Below are positions 11,597 to 21,076 of a DNA stretch of 64,000 bases, piece after piece. How positions within the stretch are numbered: position 1 is the first letter of the stretch; the number at the start of each line of letters is the position of its first letter. Both the position numbers and the translations under genes were made by a program. The notes under the pieces were generated by a model. It saw only the letters and a list, made by a program, of their open reading frames with translations. It made no database searches and was not told the DNA's origin. Source of the DNA: Bacteroidales bacterium (GTDB lineage: Bacteria; Bacteroidota; Bacteroidia; Bacteroidales; UBA12481); NCBI GenBank assembly GCA_028686135.1, contig JAQUCP010000012.1, forward strand, positions 7,119 to 71,118. Direction: 5' to 3'.

Positions 11597-11624
11597 GCCC
11601 GGGACATTTGTTCCGGGCTTTTTT
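11597..11624 (+). terminator. Rho-independent terminator after rplQ
   Basis: GCCCGGGA / TTCCGGGC 8-bp stem (one G-T pair), 6-nt loop, followed by TTTTTT. Confidence 0.75.
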
Positions 11625-11651
11625 CTATCTTCCTGACGATATTCTTGAAGT

Positions 11652-13544
11652 ATGAACCTTAAAGTCTTCTTGCGCAAGTTGGAGAAGGACGGCGAACTGC
11701 TGCGCGTTTTGACATCAGCCGATCCTGAGTTGGAAATCACAGAAATTGCCGACCGCATCTCTAAACAACCCGGGGGAGGGAAAGCCCTTCTGTTTGAAAA
11801 CACGGGAAAGGGAATTCCATTGTTAATCAATGCTTTAGGGTCAAAGACCAGAATCTCAATCGCCTTCGGAGGGAGAAGCCCGGAGTCCCTAGCCACTGAA
11901 ATCGGGAGCCTAATCACGACAATCACCGGCCAGTCGAACCGGTTGGCATCAAAACTGCAAAAAGTACCTCTCCTGGGGAAAGCTGCCCGCTGGATGCCCA
12001 AACATAAAAGAGGACGTGGTAAATGCCAAGATGTGATCATTCATAATCCAGACTTGGGAATGTTACCGATTCTGACCTGTTGGCCGCATGATGGTGGACC
12101 CTTTATAACTCTCCCTCTGGTTCATACTAAAGATCCGGTGACAGAGCAACCAAATCTTGGTATGTACAGAATGCAGGTCTTCGACCGAACGACAACTGGT
12201 ATGCACTGGCATATGCACAAAACTGGGGCAAGGCATTATCGTGAATATCAGAGACTTGGGAAAATAATGCCCGTAGCTGTTGCTCTGGGAGGTGACCCGG
12301 TTTATACGTATTGTGCCACAGCTCCGCTACCCGATGGAATAGATGAGTATCTGCTGGCTGGATTTATCCGGAAAAAACCAGTCAAGCTGGTTAAGTGTCT
12401 AACCCAGGATTTATGGGTTCCGAGCGATGCTGATATTATCCTGGAGGGGTATGTGAATCCCTCAGAGCCCCTGGTAACTGAAGGTCCATTTGGTGATCAC
12501 ACGGGATTCTATTCCTTGCAGGATCAATACCCTCAGTTTCATCTGACAGCCATTACCCATCGTAAGAAACCTGTTTATCCGGCTACAATTGTAGGTATCC
12601 CCCCCCAGGAAGATGCGTGGATTGCCTGGGCTACCGAACGGATTTTTGAGCCACTTATGCGCTTCTCCATGCTTCCTGAGCTGGCTGAAATTCATCTGCC
12701 AGTTGCCGGGGTTGCTCATAATCTGGTACTAGCCAGAGTTAATACTGACTATCCAGGCCAAGGCCGGAAAGTTTTACATACACTTTGGGGTGCTGGCCAG
12801 ATGATGTTTACGAAATTTCTAGTGATCACTGGTACTGATGTTAGGCTCAACAATTATGCGGAGCTGGCTCGTTATATTTCCAGGCGGGTCGACCCGGCCA
12901 AACACCTGGAGAGAGCTACCGGTCCTTTGGATGTTCTGGATCATGCCTCCCGAATTCCGGCAGTTGGAGGTAAGATCGGACTCGATGCCACAGGGCTCGA
13001 ACTTGAAGGAATTGAGGGGGAAAATCAGGTTGTTCCCTTCGAAGCACTCGCAGCCATCCGTTCATGCCACCCGGAAATCAAGGATATAAATCTTGACCTA
13101 CTCGGAAAAGGAATTGCCGTAGGATTGGTAGCAATCCAAAAAAGTCGTCAGAGTGTTGTCCAAGATCTGATAGGCGAGATCAACCGGAATCAGGCTTTTT
13201 CATCGGTGAGATTCTGGTTCTTTTTTGACGAATTCGTCAATTTGAAAGCCTATCAGCAGGTGGTCTGGTTAATCGGTAGCAATACTGATCCTGATCACGA
13301 TGTGACCATCTGGAAGCCAGCAGAGGGGCATCTTTACGGTGTGATGTGTGTAGATGCTACCATCAAAACCAAGGTGTGTGATGCTTTCAATCGCCCCTGG
13401 CCAAACCCGGTTGTCATGGATCTTCCCACGATCCACAAGGTGGACAGACGGTGGAGAGAGTACAAACTGGGCAAGCCTTTACCCTCTCCATCGCTGGTTT
13501 ATCGGGAATTCGAAAGGCCTGGAGGCGCTGCTATTGTTCAATAA
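11652..13544 (+). CDS. UbiD-family decarboxylase, probably the menaquinone-biosynthesis (SCO4490/MqnL-like) type
   Basis: 630 aa; GMYRMQV, HWHMHKTGARH, GPFGDHTGFY UbiD-type motifs; subfamily call from memory. Confidence 0.75.
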   Translation: MNLKVFLRKLEKDGELLRVLTSADPELEITEIADRISKQPGGGKALLFENTGKGIPLLINALGSKTRISIAFGGRSPESLATEIGSLITTITGQSNRLASKLQKVPLLGKAARWMPKHKRGRGKCQDVIIHNPDLGMLPILTCWPHDGGPFITLPLVHTKDPVTEQPNLGMYRMQVFDRTTTGMHWHMHKTGARHYREYQRLGKIMPVAVALGGDPVYTYCATAPLPDGIDEYLLAGFIRKKPVKLVKCLTQDLWVPSDADIILEGYVNPSEPLVTEGPFGDHTGFYSLQDQYPQFHLTAITHRKKPVYPATIVGIPPQEDAWIAWATERIFEPLMRFSMLPELAEIHLPVAGVAHNLVLARVNTDYPGQGRKVLHTLWGAGQMMFTKFLVITGTDVRLNNYAELARYISRRVDPAKHLERATGPLDVLDHASRIPAVGGKIGLDATGLELEGIEGENQVVPFEALAAIRSCHPEIKDINLDLLGKGIAVGLVAIQKSRQSVVQDLIGEINRNQAFSSVRFWFFFDEFVNLKAYQQVVWLIGSNTDPDHDVTIWKPAEGHLYGVMCVDATIKTKVCDAFNRPWPNPVVMDLPTIHKVDRRWREYKLGKPLPSPSLVYREFERPGGAAIVQ

Positions 13545-15576
13545 GCCAAGATGGACGCTCCTGAGATTCTTGATAGGCCTCAAGGCCGCTGTCAAGAAAA
13601 TCGATGAAGTCCTCTATGTCCAAGCTGTAGGATCGGGTAGGAACTAGGAGCTCTCCTTCGGGATTTAAAAGAGCATACAAGGGCTGGGTATTCTGATTAA
13701 ATCGAGATATCTGAAAATCCTGATTCTTTTTACCCAGAGTTTTCTTTACTTTACCATCGTAAGTTGATGTAACCCATTCAGATTCAGGGAGATGAATTTT
13801 CTTGTCATCAATGTACAGAGCGATGATGACGTAATCTTCACGCAGTCTTTTGAGGACTCTCGGGTCTGACCAGACTCGGGCTTCCATTTCACGGCAGTTA
13901 ACGCAACCGTGTCCGGTAAAATCAATGAAAACCGGTTTATTGAGTTTCTTAGCACAATCCAGGCCTTGCTCGTAGTCGAAATAGCCTTCTAATCCGAATG
14001 GGAGGTGTAGCTGATCTCCATATTTTGGTTTTTCGCAGGGGGCTTCCAATCCATTATGGTAGGATGCGGCAGGAGTAAGGCTTCCTGATTCTTCGCGAAT
14101 CAATCTATGAATATCAAAATCATGGCTACTCATGGGTGGCATATAGCCCGAGAGGGCTTTCAGAGGAGCACCTACCATTCCAGGAATGAGGTAAACCACA
14201 AAGGCGAAGGTGATAATGGCCAAGATTAGCCTAGGAACTCCAATATGGCTGATTTCGTTATCATGTTTGAACTTTATTTTCCCCAGTATGTAGAACCCCA
14301 TCAGGGTGAAGATGACTATCCAGAATGCCAGGAAAACTTCCCTGTCGAGTAATCCCCAGTGGTAGGTTTGATCGGCGATGCTCAAAAATTTGAGTCCGAG
14401 TGCCAGCTCCAGGAATCCTAATACGACTTTGACCGAGTTAAGCCAACCGCCTGATTTTGGCATGGATTTCAGCCAGGATGGGAAGATGGCGAAAAGGGTA
14501 AAAGGTAGGGCAAAGGCTAAGGAAAAGCCCAGCATACCGATTATTGGTTCGATAACTGCTCCTCCTGCGGATTGGACGAGGATGGTTCCAACGATTGGGC
14601 CGGTGCATGAGAATGAAACCAGAACAAGGGTGAAAGCCATAAAGAAAGGTCCGCCGATGCCACCTTTATCCACGCGTTCGTCTGATTTGCTAATCATCCA
14701 GCTCGGTAGATTGATTTCGAACATCCCAAAGAACCACGCTGCGAAGAACATGAAAATCAAAAAGAAGAATACATTTGGAATCCAATGGGTGCTCAGGAAA
14801 TTGGCTATTCCCGGGCCGAAAATGATGGCTACCAGAGTTCCGATGATCGTATAGATTGCGATAATAGAGATTCCGAAAAAGAGGGCTTCCATCAGGGAGC
14901 GTTTACGTGATTTCTGGCCATGCATGAAAAAGGTCACTGTCATTGGAATCATCGGAAACACGCAAGGAGTCAGCAGGGCGATCAATCCAGCCAGGAAAGC
15001 GATCAGAAAGAGTCCCATTAGGGATTTTGTTGATAAGTTGACGGTAGGTTCGGCTGACACGTTTGATTGTTCGGCGGAAGCTGTTTCATTAACCTCCAGG
15101 CCTGTGCTACCTGGTGGAACGACGGACAATTCAAAATCGGTGCTCAGCATGGAGCAAACCTGGTCGTCGCAAACCTGATAGTCAATGGTGCCGGTTATTA
15201 CTTGGGCATCTTTGGTAAGTAGCTGAATCTGTTGGGAATAGGAAGCTTCGGTTGAGAAGTATTTTACTATCGCCTCAAACATCGGATCATGTTCTTCCAC
15301 CGGGGTATTGAGTTCCCGGATACTATCTTTGAGAATATAGTGGTCTGATGGTTCAAAAGAAAAGCTGATGGGGATAGGACCGTTGGGATTGTCCAAGGCA
15401 TAGAGATGCCATGTTGATTCTATTTCGGCTTCAAATCTCAGATCAAAGACGGAGTCATTAACCTGTTCAACCGAAAAAAACCACCTGACCGGGTCAACTA
15501 GCTGAGCTTTAGTAGAGTATGAAGATGCTAGGACTAGTAAGGAAGTTGTAATTATGGCTTTGACAATGCTTCTCAT
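13531..15576 (-). CDS. dsbD: thiol:disulfide interchange protein DsbD family
   Basis: 681 aa; signal peptide, YQVCDDQVC, TM core with LTPCVFPMIP and SFSCTGPIVG, C-terminal thioredoxin GHGCVNC. Confidence 0.85.
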   Translation of the reverse strand: MRSIVKAIITTSLLVLASSYSTKAQLVDPVRWFFSVEQVNDSVFDLRFEAEIESTWHLYALDNPNGPIPISFSFEPSDHYILKDSIRELNTPVEEHDPMFEAIVKYFSTEASYSQQIQLLTKDAQVITGTIDYQVCDDQVCSMLSTDFELSVVPPGSTGLEVNETASAEQSNVSAEPTVNLSTKSLMGLFLIAFLAGLIALLTPCVFPMIPMTVTFFMHGQKSRKRSLMEALFFGISIIAIYTIIGTLVAIIFGPGIANFLSTHWIPNVFFFLIFMFFAAWFFGMFEINLPSWMISKSDERVDKGGIGGPFFMAFTLVLVSFSCTGPIVGTILVQSAGGAVIEPIIGMLGFSLAFALPFTLFAIFPSWLKSMPKSGGWLNSVKVVLGFLELALGLKFLSIADQTYHWGLLDREVFLAFWIVIFTLMGFYILGKIKFKHDNEISHIGVPRLILAIITFAFVVYLIPGMVGAPLKALSGYMPPMSSHDFDIHRLIREESGSLTPAASYHNGLEAPCEKPKYGDQLHLPFGLEGYFDYEQGLDCAKKLNKPVFIDFTGHGCVNCREMEARVWSDPRVLKRLREDYVIIALYIDDKKIHLPESEWVTSTYDGKVKKTLGKKNQDFQISRFNQNTQPLYALLNPEGELLVPTRSYSLDIEDFIDFLDSGLEAYQESQERPSWLIEQ

Positions 15577-15600
15577 AGTGTGAATAATGGGTTTAACAAC

Positions 15601-17151
15601 TTAGAGGATGATTTTCTCACCGTTATGGTCGAAAAACTCGTAATTGAGAATGCCGATATTACTATCGGACTTAATTTTTAGCCAGATTTTGGTTTTGAGG
15701 AACCATTTAATGCGTATAGAAGGGCATCCGAACTGAAGGTAGGAAGCAAGGTAGGGGTGAGCTCGCAAAGTAAGGCTTTTCCCTTTTTCCTTGTCGATCA
15801 GATACATAAAGTGATTTTTAATTTGATCCACCAGGAGGATACTTGGAGTGATTTCACCGGTTCCGCTGCAGGTTGGGCAGGTTTCCATAATCTGCACATC
15901 CATTTCCGGTCTAACCCGTTGTCTGGTGATTTGAAGAAGGCCGAATTTACTCAGGGGTAAGATATGGTGTTTGGCCCGGTCGGTTTTCATGGCCTCCTTC
16001 ATTTGCTCAAATAATTTCTGACGATTCTCGGCTTTGGTCATATCGATGAAATCGACGACGATAATGCCGCCCATATCTCGAAGCCTAAGTTGCCGGGCTA
16101 TCTCCTCTGCAGCGGAGAGGTTAACCTCCAAGGCATTAGTCTCCTGGTCGCTGGCTGATTGTGAGCGGTTGCCGCTGTTTACATCGATGACATGCAGGGC
16201 TTCGGTGTGCTCAATGATCAGGTAGGCACCGCTTTTAAAGGAAACGGTTTTCCCGAATAGAGACTTGATTTGTTTGTCGATGCCAAAATGCTCGAAAATG
16301 GGTGTTTTCGAGGAGTAGTGCTTGACAATTTTTTGTTTTTCCGGAGCGATGGTGGAGATGAAATCCCGGATCTCGCGATACAGCGATTGGTCGTTAACGA
16401 TGATGTTATTGAAGCTGGAATTAAGGATATCCCGCAGGATTGCGGATGTGCGATTGAGCTCACCGAGTACCAGGCTAGGTGTTGCAGCAACCTTAATATC
16501 CTGAAAGATTGATTCCCAGCGTTCTACAAGAGATCGAAGTTCGGCATCGAGCAGGGCTACCTTTCTTTCCTTAGCAACAGTTCGGACGATGACGCCGTAG
16601 TTCTTTGGCTTAATACTTAGTATCAGCCTTTTGAGGCGATCCCGTTCTTCTTCAGACTTTATCTTAGTGGAAACGGATACTTTATCCGAGAAAGGAAGCA
16701 AAACCAGATTCCGTCCGGCAAGGGAAATTTCACTCGTTAAACGGGGACCTTTCGACGCAATTGGTTCTTTGGCAATTTGAACCAAGATGGTTTGTCCCGA
16801 TTTCATCAAGTTTGTGATCTTGCCGTGTTTATCGATATCCTGTTCAGTCTTGAACTTTTCGATTGGCATGATCTTCGTCTTCCTGGTCAAGGACAGGTTC
16901 AGGTACTTGTTCAGCGACTGAAACTGTGGGCCTAGGTCGAGGTAGTGAAGAAAGGCGTCCTTTTCGTATCCAACATCAACAAAAGCAGCATTTAGACCGG
17001 GCATGATCTTTTTGACCTTACCCAAGTAAACATCTCCTACTGCAAACTGAATATTGGATTTCTCCTTGTTGAGTTCGACCAGTCTCTTATCCTCAAGAAG
17101 AGCTATAGCAATCTCGTTAGGACTGGCATTAATGATCAATTCAGTACTCAC
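15601..17151 (-). CDS. rng: ribonuclease E/G family (RNase G)
   Basis: 516 aa; S1 domain GDVYLGKVKKIMPGLNAAFVDVG; catalytic core ALHVIDVNSG, GGIIVVDFIDM. Confidence 0.9.
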   Translation of the reverse strand: MSTELIINASPNEIAIALLEDKRLVELNKEKSNIQFAVGDVYLGKVKKIMPGLNAAFVDVGYEKDAFLHYLDLGPQFQSLNKYLNLSLTRKTKIMPIEKFKTEQDIDKHGKITNLMKSGQTILVQIAKEPIASKGPRLTSEISLAGRNLVLLPFSDKVSVSTKIKSEEERDRLKRLILSIKPKNYGVIVRTVAKERKVALLDAELRSLVERWESIFQDIKVAATPSLVLGELNRTSAILRDILNSSFNNIIVNDQSLYREIRDFISTIAPEKQKIVKHYSSKTPIFEHFGIDKQIKSLFGKTVSFKSGAYLIIEHTEALHVIDVNSGNRSQSASDQETNALEVNLSAAEEIARQLRLRDMGGIIVVDFIDMTKAENRQKLFEQMKEAMKTDRAKHHILPLSKFGLLQITRQRVRPEMDVQIMETCPTCSGTGEITPSILLVDQIKNHFMYLIDKEKGKSLTLRAHPYLASYLQFGCPSIRIKWFLKTKIWLKIKSDSNIGILNYEFFDHNGEKIIL

Positions 17152-17205
17152 AAAACATTTTTGCTTAAGGTAGATTGCAATGGTTTAATTGCCTGACCAA
17201 TAAAT

Positions 17206-17243
17206 AGCATAAACCTAAAGAGCAGTCTCTTTAGGTTTATGCT
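17206..17243 (-). terminator. Perfect 17-bp hairpin downstream of the small basic-peptide gene
   Basis: AGCATAAACCTAAAGAG-CAGT-CTCTTTAGGTTTATGCT; on the minus strand it is followed by ATTTATT; no long U tract. Confidence 0.55.
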
Positions 17244-17262
17244 TGCACATATTTAACAAGGA

Positions 17263-17355
17263 CTATTTCTTCTTCTTGTGACGATTTTTACGCAGGCGCT
17301 TCTTGCGCTTATGCGTCGCCATCTTATGTCTTTTGCGCTTTTTTCCGCTGGGCAT
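17263..17355 (-). CDS. 30-aa hyper-basic peptide, bS22/mS38 (AURKAIP1/COX24)-like small ribosomal-protein candidate; absent from the ORF track
   Basis: Hand translation (minus strand, ATG 17355 to TAG 17265-17263): MPSGKKRKRHKMATHKRKKRLRKNRHKKKK; 18 K/R plus 3 H of 30; own hairpin downstream. Confidence 0.6.
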   Translation of the reverse strand: MPSGKKRKRHKMATHKRKKRLRKNRHKKKK

Positions 17356-17380
17356 AACAATCTAATTTTCCGGTATAAAA

Positions 17381-17668
17381 CTACTTCTTAACTTGATCTT
17401 TAACTTTTGCAACGAAAGTTTTGGCAGGCTTAAAGGAGGGGATAAAATGCTGCGGAATGATGATGGTGGTGTTCTTGGAAATGTTCCGGGCTGTTTTCTC
17501 TGCTCTTTTCTTTACTATAAAACTTCCAAAGCCCCGGAGGTAAACGTTATTTCCATTTACTAATGAGGTCTTTACGGTGCTCATGAAAGCTTCAACCGTC
17601 TTTTGTACAGCAACTTTCTCAATTCCAGTGTTCTTGCTGATTTCGTTTACAATGTCTGCTTTAGTCAT
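17381..17668 (-). CDS. hup: HU family DNA-binding protein
   Basis: 95 aa from ATG 17668 (MTKADIVNEISK...); GFGSFIVKKRAEKTARN beta-arm; the track ORF to 17872 is an upstream extension. Confidence 0.9.
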   Translation of the reverse strand: MTKADIVNEISKNTGIEKVAVQKTVEAFMSTVKTSLVNGNNVYLRGFGSFIVKKRAEKTARNISKNTTIIIPQHFIPSFKPAKTFVAKVKDQVKK

Positions 17669-17710
17669 CGCTATAAATACTTTAGTTATCAATGAATTAC
17701 AATCGGTCTG

Positions 17711-17718
17711 CAAATATA
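17711..17718 (-). promoter_or_regulatory. Bacteroidota -7 promoter box (TATATTTG) for the HU gene
   Basis: Exact TAnnTTTG match on the minus strand, 42 nt upstream of ATG 17668. Confidence 0.5.
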
Positions 17719-17949
17719 ACCCTTTTATCTGTAAAAAAATATGGAGCATAACTTTTTTTCTTTTTTTTTCCACTGAAGCTACGAGGCTGCATCTAAGGAC
17801 TATGTAACAACTGTTGAATTGAATATGTGCCATGAGTTTTTTTCCGGATCGGGGTTCACTTAGGGAAATCAAACCTCCCGACCCAACGGGTGCTTTTTAA
17901 AATGGTGAATTGTTCGTACTTTTAGTCAACCTTAAAAAAGAAAAAACAG

Positions 17950-18390
17950 ATGTCAGTTAACAAAGTGATTTTAGTTGGAAATGTGGGAAAAGACCCAGAG
18001 ATCAGGCACTTAGAGAATAATTTAGTTCTAGCCCGGTTCTCTCTGGCCACCTCGGAAACCTATAAAAATAAGAACGGTGAGATGGTTACTAACACGGAAT
18101 GGCACAATATAGTAGCCTGGCGGCAGCTGGCTGAATTGGCTGAGCGCTTTATCAAAAAGGGCAGGCAACTCTATGTTGAAGGTAAGATCACGACTCGCCA
18201 GTGGGATGATAAAGAAGGCAATAAGCGTTATACCACCGAGATTGTGGCGGATAATATTCGCCTCTTGGGCAAACGTGAGGATAATGAGCAGAGCAATGAC
18301 TCCAATGTTAGGTCTTCCAGAGCGGTTACCCCGGAGCCCATGTCGGAGGATGTTGATATCCCTAACGAGCCCGATGATCTTCCATTCTAA
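17950..18390 (+). CDS. ssb: single-stranded DNA-binding protein
   Basis: 146 aa; OB fold NKVILVGNVGKDPE, acidic tail ending DDLPF. Confidence 0.95.
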   Translation: MSVNKVILVGNVGKDPEIRHLENNLVLARFSLATSETYKNKNGEMVTNTEWHNIVAWRQLAELAERFIKKGRQLYVEGKITTRQWDDKEGNKRYTTEIVADNIRLLGKREDNEQSNDSNVRSSRAVTPEPMSEDVDIPNEPDDLPF

Positions 18391-18398
18391 AAGTTGAA

Positions 18399-19736
18399 AT
18401 GGACCCCGGCCTAAGTATAGCTTATCTGACCGCACCGCTTCGGACTACTGTCACCTCAGGATTTAGCCTGGAGCAAGGTGTCCAAATGATCATAATAGTG
18501 ATCTTGTTAGCAGCCTCCGCACTGATATCTGGAGCTGAGGCTGCTTTCTTTTCTATTTCAGCACAGGATAAACAAAAGCTGGATCGGGAAAAAGGAAGAA
18601 CACCAAGAACAATTCTCCGGTTGTTAGAGAAGCCAGATAATTTGTTTGCAACTATCATGGTGGTAAACAATCTGGTGAACATTGGCGTGATCATTCTGTC
18701 AGCCTGGTTCACAGAAGGCTTGCTGAATATGCCGGATCGACCGGTACTGAAATGCATCCTCCAGATCGGGATAATCACCTTTGCAATTGTCCTGCTGGGA
18801 GAAGTGCTTCCTAAAATTTTCTCCACACGTTATGCTCTCAAGTTGGCTAGACTAACGGCTCTTCCACTCTACGTTATGGAGTGGATCACCCGACCAGTCA
18901 GTAAAATTTTCCTGAAATCAAACTCGGCCGTTAACCGAAGGATTCAAGAGTCGAAGAAGTCCATGACAATTGGTCAGCTGTCGGATGCCCTGGACTTAAC
19001 CAGTGATGACCTTGAGGAGGAGGAAAAGATACTGAAGGGGATTGTGCGGTTTGCTACAATCGAAGTGAGAGAAGTCATGGTTCCCCGTGTGGATATCGTT
19101 GCTCTGGATATTGCTTCCCCTTTTCGTAGTGTTCTTTCAAGAATGATCGAGCACGCCTATTCCAGGTATCCTGTTTATCAGGACGATATAGATAACCTCA
19201 AGGGAGTCATCTATCTAAAAGATCTGCTTCCACATACTCAGAAAACCAACTCTTTTCGCTGGCAAACCTTGGTACGGCCGCCATTTTTTATTCCGGAGAA
19301 CAAAAAGATTAGCGACCTGCTGGAGGAGTTCAGAACCAACAGGATGCATCTGGCTATTGTGGTCGACGAATATGGCGGAACATCAGGATTAATCTCAATG
19401 GAGGATATTCTGGAAGAGATTGTTGGAGAGATTCGCGATGAATCTGATGTGGAAGAGGAGATCATTTACCGGACCGTTGGCGCCAATACCTATATCTTTG
19501 ATGGCAAAACCCTCCTGAACGATCTGGTAAAAATCCTGGAATTATCAGACGACTTCTTTGAAGGCCTTCGCGGTGGATCCGATACTGTGGCCGGGCTGTT
19601 CCTTGAACTGTTGGGTGATATTCCGGAGACGGGCGAAGAAGTGAAGATCGGTCATTTAACCTTTATCGTGAAAAGTAAGGATGACCGCCGGATTACGGAA
19701 GTTCAGATTCATGTGGATAATTCTGAAGATGAATAA
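18399..19736 (+). CDS. gldE: CNNM/TlyC-family membrane protein (DUF21 + CBS pair + CorC_HlyC), GldE-like
   Basis: 445 aa; TM N-region, CBS region, C-terminal transporter-associated domain; ssb-gldE-gldD order as recalled for Flavobacterium johnsoniae; the start could be internal (MIIIV). Confidence 0.72.
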   Translation: MDPGLSIAYLTAPLRTTVTSGFSLEQGVQMIIIVILLAASALISGAEAAFFSISAQDKQKLDREKGRTPRTILRLLEKPDNLFATIMVVNNLVNIGVIILSAWFTEGLLNMPDRPVLKCILQIGIITFAIVLLGEVLPKIFSTRYALKLARLTALPLYVMEWITRPVSKIFLKSNSAVNRRIQESKKSMTIGQLSDALDLTSDDLEEEEKILKGIVRFATIEVREVMVPRVDIVALDIASPFRSVLSRMIEHAYSRYPVYQDDIDNLKGVIYLKDLLPHTQKTNSFRWQTLVRPPFFIPENKKISDLLEEFRTNRMHLAIVVDEYGGTSGLISMEDILEEIVGEIRDESDVEEEIIYRTVGANTYIFDGKTLLNDLVKILELSDDFFEGLRGGSDTVAGLFLELLGDIPETGEEVKIGHLTFIVKSKDDRRITEVQIHVDNSEDE

Positions 19737-20319
19737 TTTACCACGATTTATTCTGCTCCTGGTTGCCGCTGCCTTGCTTATAGCAGGTTGCCGGAACTCT
19801 TTCACTCCTAAACCGAGGGGATATTTTCGAATCGAATTGCCGGACAAAGCGTATCAACTTCTGCAAGGCGATTATCCCTACGAGTTTGAATACCCGATTT
19901 ATTCCAGGGCGACAAAATATACAGGCGCTTTTACCAATGGCGATTCTGCATCCTATTGGATCAATCTGGAGTTTCCTGATTATAAGGGGCGTATTCATTT
20001 GACATACAAGGAGGTTAAGGATAATTTGCCACAACTCCTGGATGATGCTCACACCTTTGCTTACAAGCACTCCGTTTTGGCGGATGCCATAGGTCAGGCT
20101 GTTTTTGTCGATACGCTTGCCAGCGTGTACGGAGTAATGTTTGATATCAAGGGTAACACTGCCTCATCGATACAGTTTTATGTAACTGACAGCGTACGGA
20201 ATTTTTTAAGGGGGGCTCTCTATTTTGATGTTCAGCCTAACCAAGACTCTCTATCTCCGGTGATCGGATTTATCCGGGAAGATATTGAGCATTTAATGGA
20301 AACCCTCAGGTGGAAATAG
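19729..20319 (+). CDS. gldD: GldD-like gliding-motility lipoprotein
   Basis: 196 aa from ATG 19729 (8-nt overlap with gldE); lipobox LLIAGC; call based mainly on context. Confidence 0.6.
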   Translation: MNNLPRFILLLVAAALLIAGCRNSFTPKPRGYFRIELPDKAYQLLQGDYPYEFEYPIYSRATKYTGAFTNGDSASYWINLEFPDYKGRIHLTYKEVKDNLPQLLDDAHTFAYKHSVLADAIGQAVFVDTLASVYGVMFDIKGNTASSIQFYVTDSVRNFLRGALYFDVQPNQDSLSPVIGFIREDIEHLMETLRWK

Positions 20320-20335
20320 GCAGGCGCCACTCTCC

Positions 20336-21076
20336 TTAATACCTAACCAGAGCAGTTTCTACGCCGAGAGATATTTTGGGTAGTTCCACGGGAACCGTAT
20401 CTAGGAATAGAGGACCCATTCTGTAGGTTGCTGTTATTGCAAATCGGTTAAATCCGAGTCGTGCAAAAAGCTCCGGTACCCAATCCTGCATATATTCCAG
20501 CCCCCTGAAGATCTGTTTCGTTTTGCGGTACCAATTACCTGTGTCATTGTTTCCCGGATCGGTTTGAACTAACCGGCTTCCCATCAACAAGGTTTCCCTA
20601 ACCCCAATATCCAGGTAACGCCCCAAGTAGTTGCCCCTCTGCCCAAATCGAAATCGTAATCCAAGGCCCGTCGTTGCCTTGCTCAGATGAAGGATCTGTC
20701 GGGAGTGGATGTCAGTATCGGGAAATTGTTTGCCTTCAAACTGATTGAACCGGACATTATCCCATCTTAGTCCGGCTTCTAGAATAAAGGCTAATGGATT
20801 GAAAATCTTTAATTTATAACGATAGCCAGCCGCAAATGAACCGGTGAGGGGAATCTTTATCAGTTTTTGTTCTGTTTGAGGGTAGGGAATAGCGAACCCC
20901 ATTTCCAGGTAAAGATGTCCGAAATGTAGTTTGTTTGGCCCATAGTTGCCTGCTCCGGGTACCGAGTCAACATCCTGCTGGAGAACCATTTCCTGACCAT
21001 TTACTCCCATCAGAGAGATGATTATCAGGATGATTGCTGCCAAGATCTGTTTTTTTATCATTTGGTTGCCCTCCAT
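20336..21076 (-). CDS. hypothetical outer-membrane beta-barrel-like protein
   Basis: 246 aa; signal peptide (ILAAIILIIISLMGVNGQ), alternating strand pattern, C-terminal aromatic residue (LVRY); no named family recognised. Confidence 0.45.
   Translation of the reverse strand: MEGNQMIKKQILAAIILIIISLMGVNGQEMVLQQDVDSVPGAGNYGPNKLHFGHLYLEMGFAIPYPQTEQKLIKIPLTGSFAAGYRYKLKIFNPLAFILEAGLRWDNVRFNQFEGKQFPDTDIHSRQILHLSKATTGLGLRFRFGQRGNYLGRYLDIGVRETLLMGSRLVQTDPGNNDTGNWYRKTKQIFRGLEYMQDWVPELFARLGFNRFAITATYRMGPLFLDTVPVELPKISLGVETALVRY

Noticed and set aside
11549-12040. 163-aa minus-strand ORF overlapping the start of the UbiD-family gene
   Set aside because: It is antisense to a well-supported CDS and runs through the rplQ terminator. 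It has no promoter box, motif or signal.
14378-14854. 158-aa plus-strand ORF inside dsbD
   Set aside because: It is antisense to the DsbD transmembrane core and has a Pro/Lys-rich nonsense-like composition.
17830-17935. Short imperfect stems (TCGGG..CCCGA, ACCC-AAC-GGGT followed by GCTTTTT) upstream of ssb, considered as a small ncRNA or attenuator
   Set aside because: The stems are only 4-5 bp and imperfect, and nothing suggests a defined RNA. The evidence from one sequence is insufficient.
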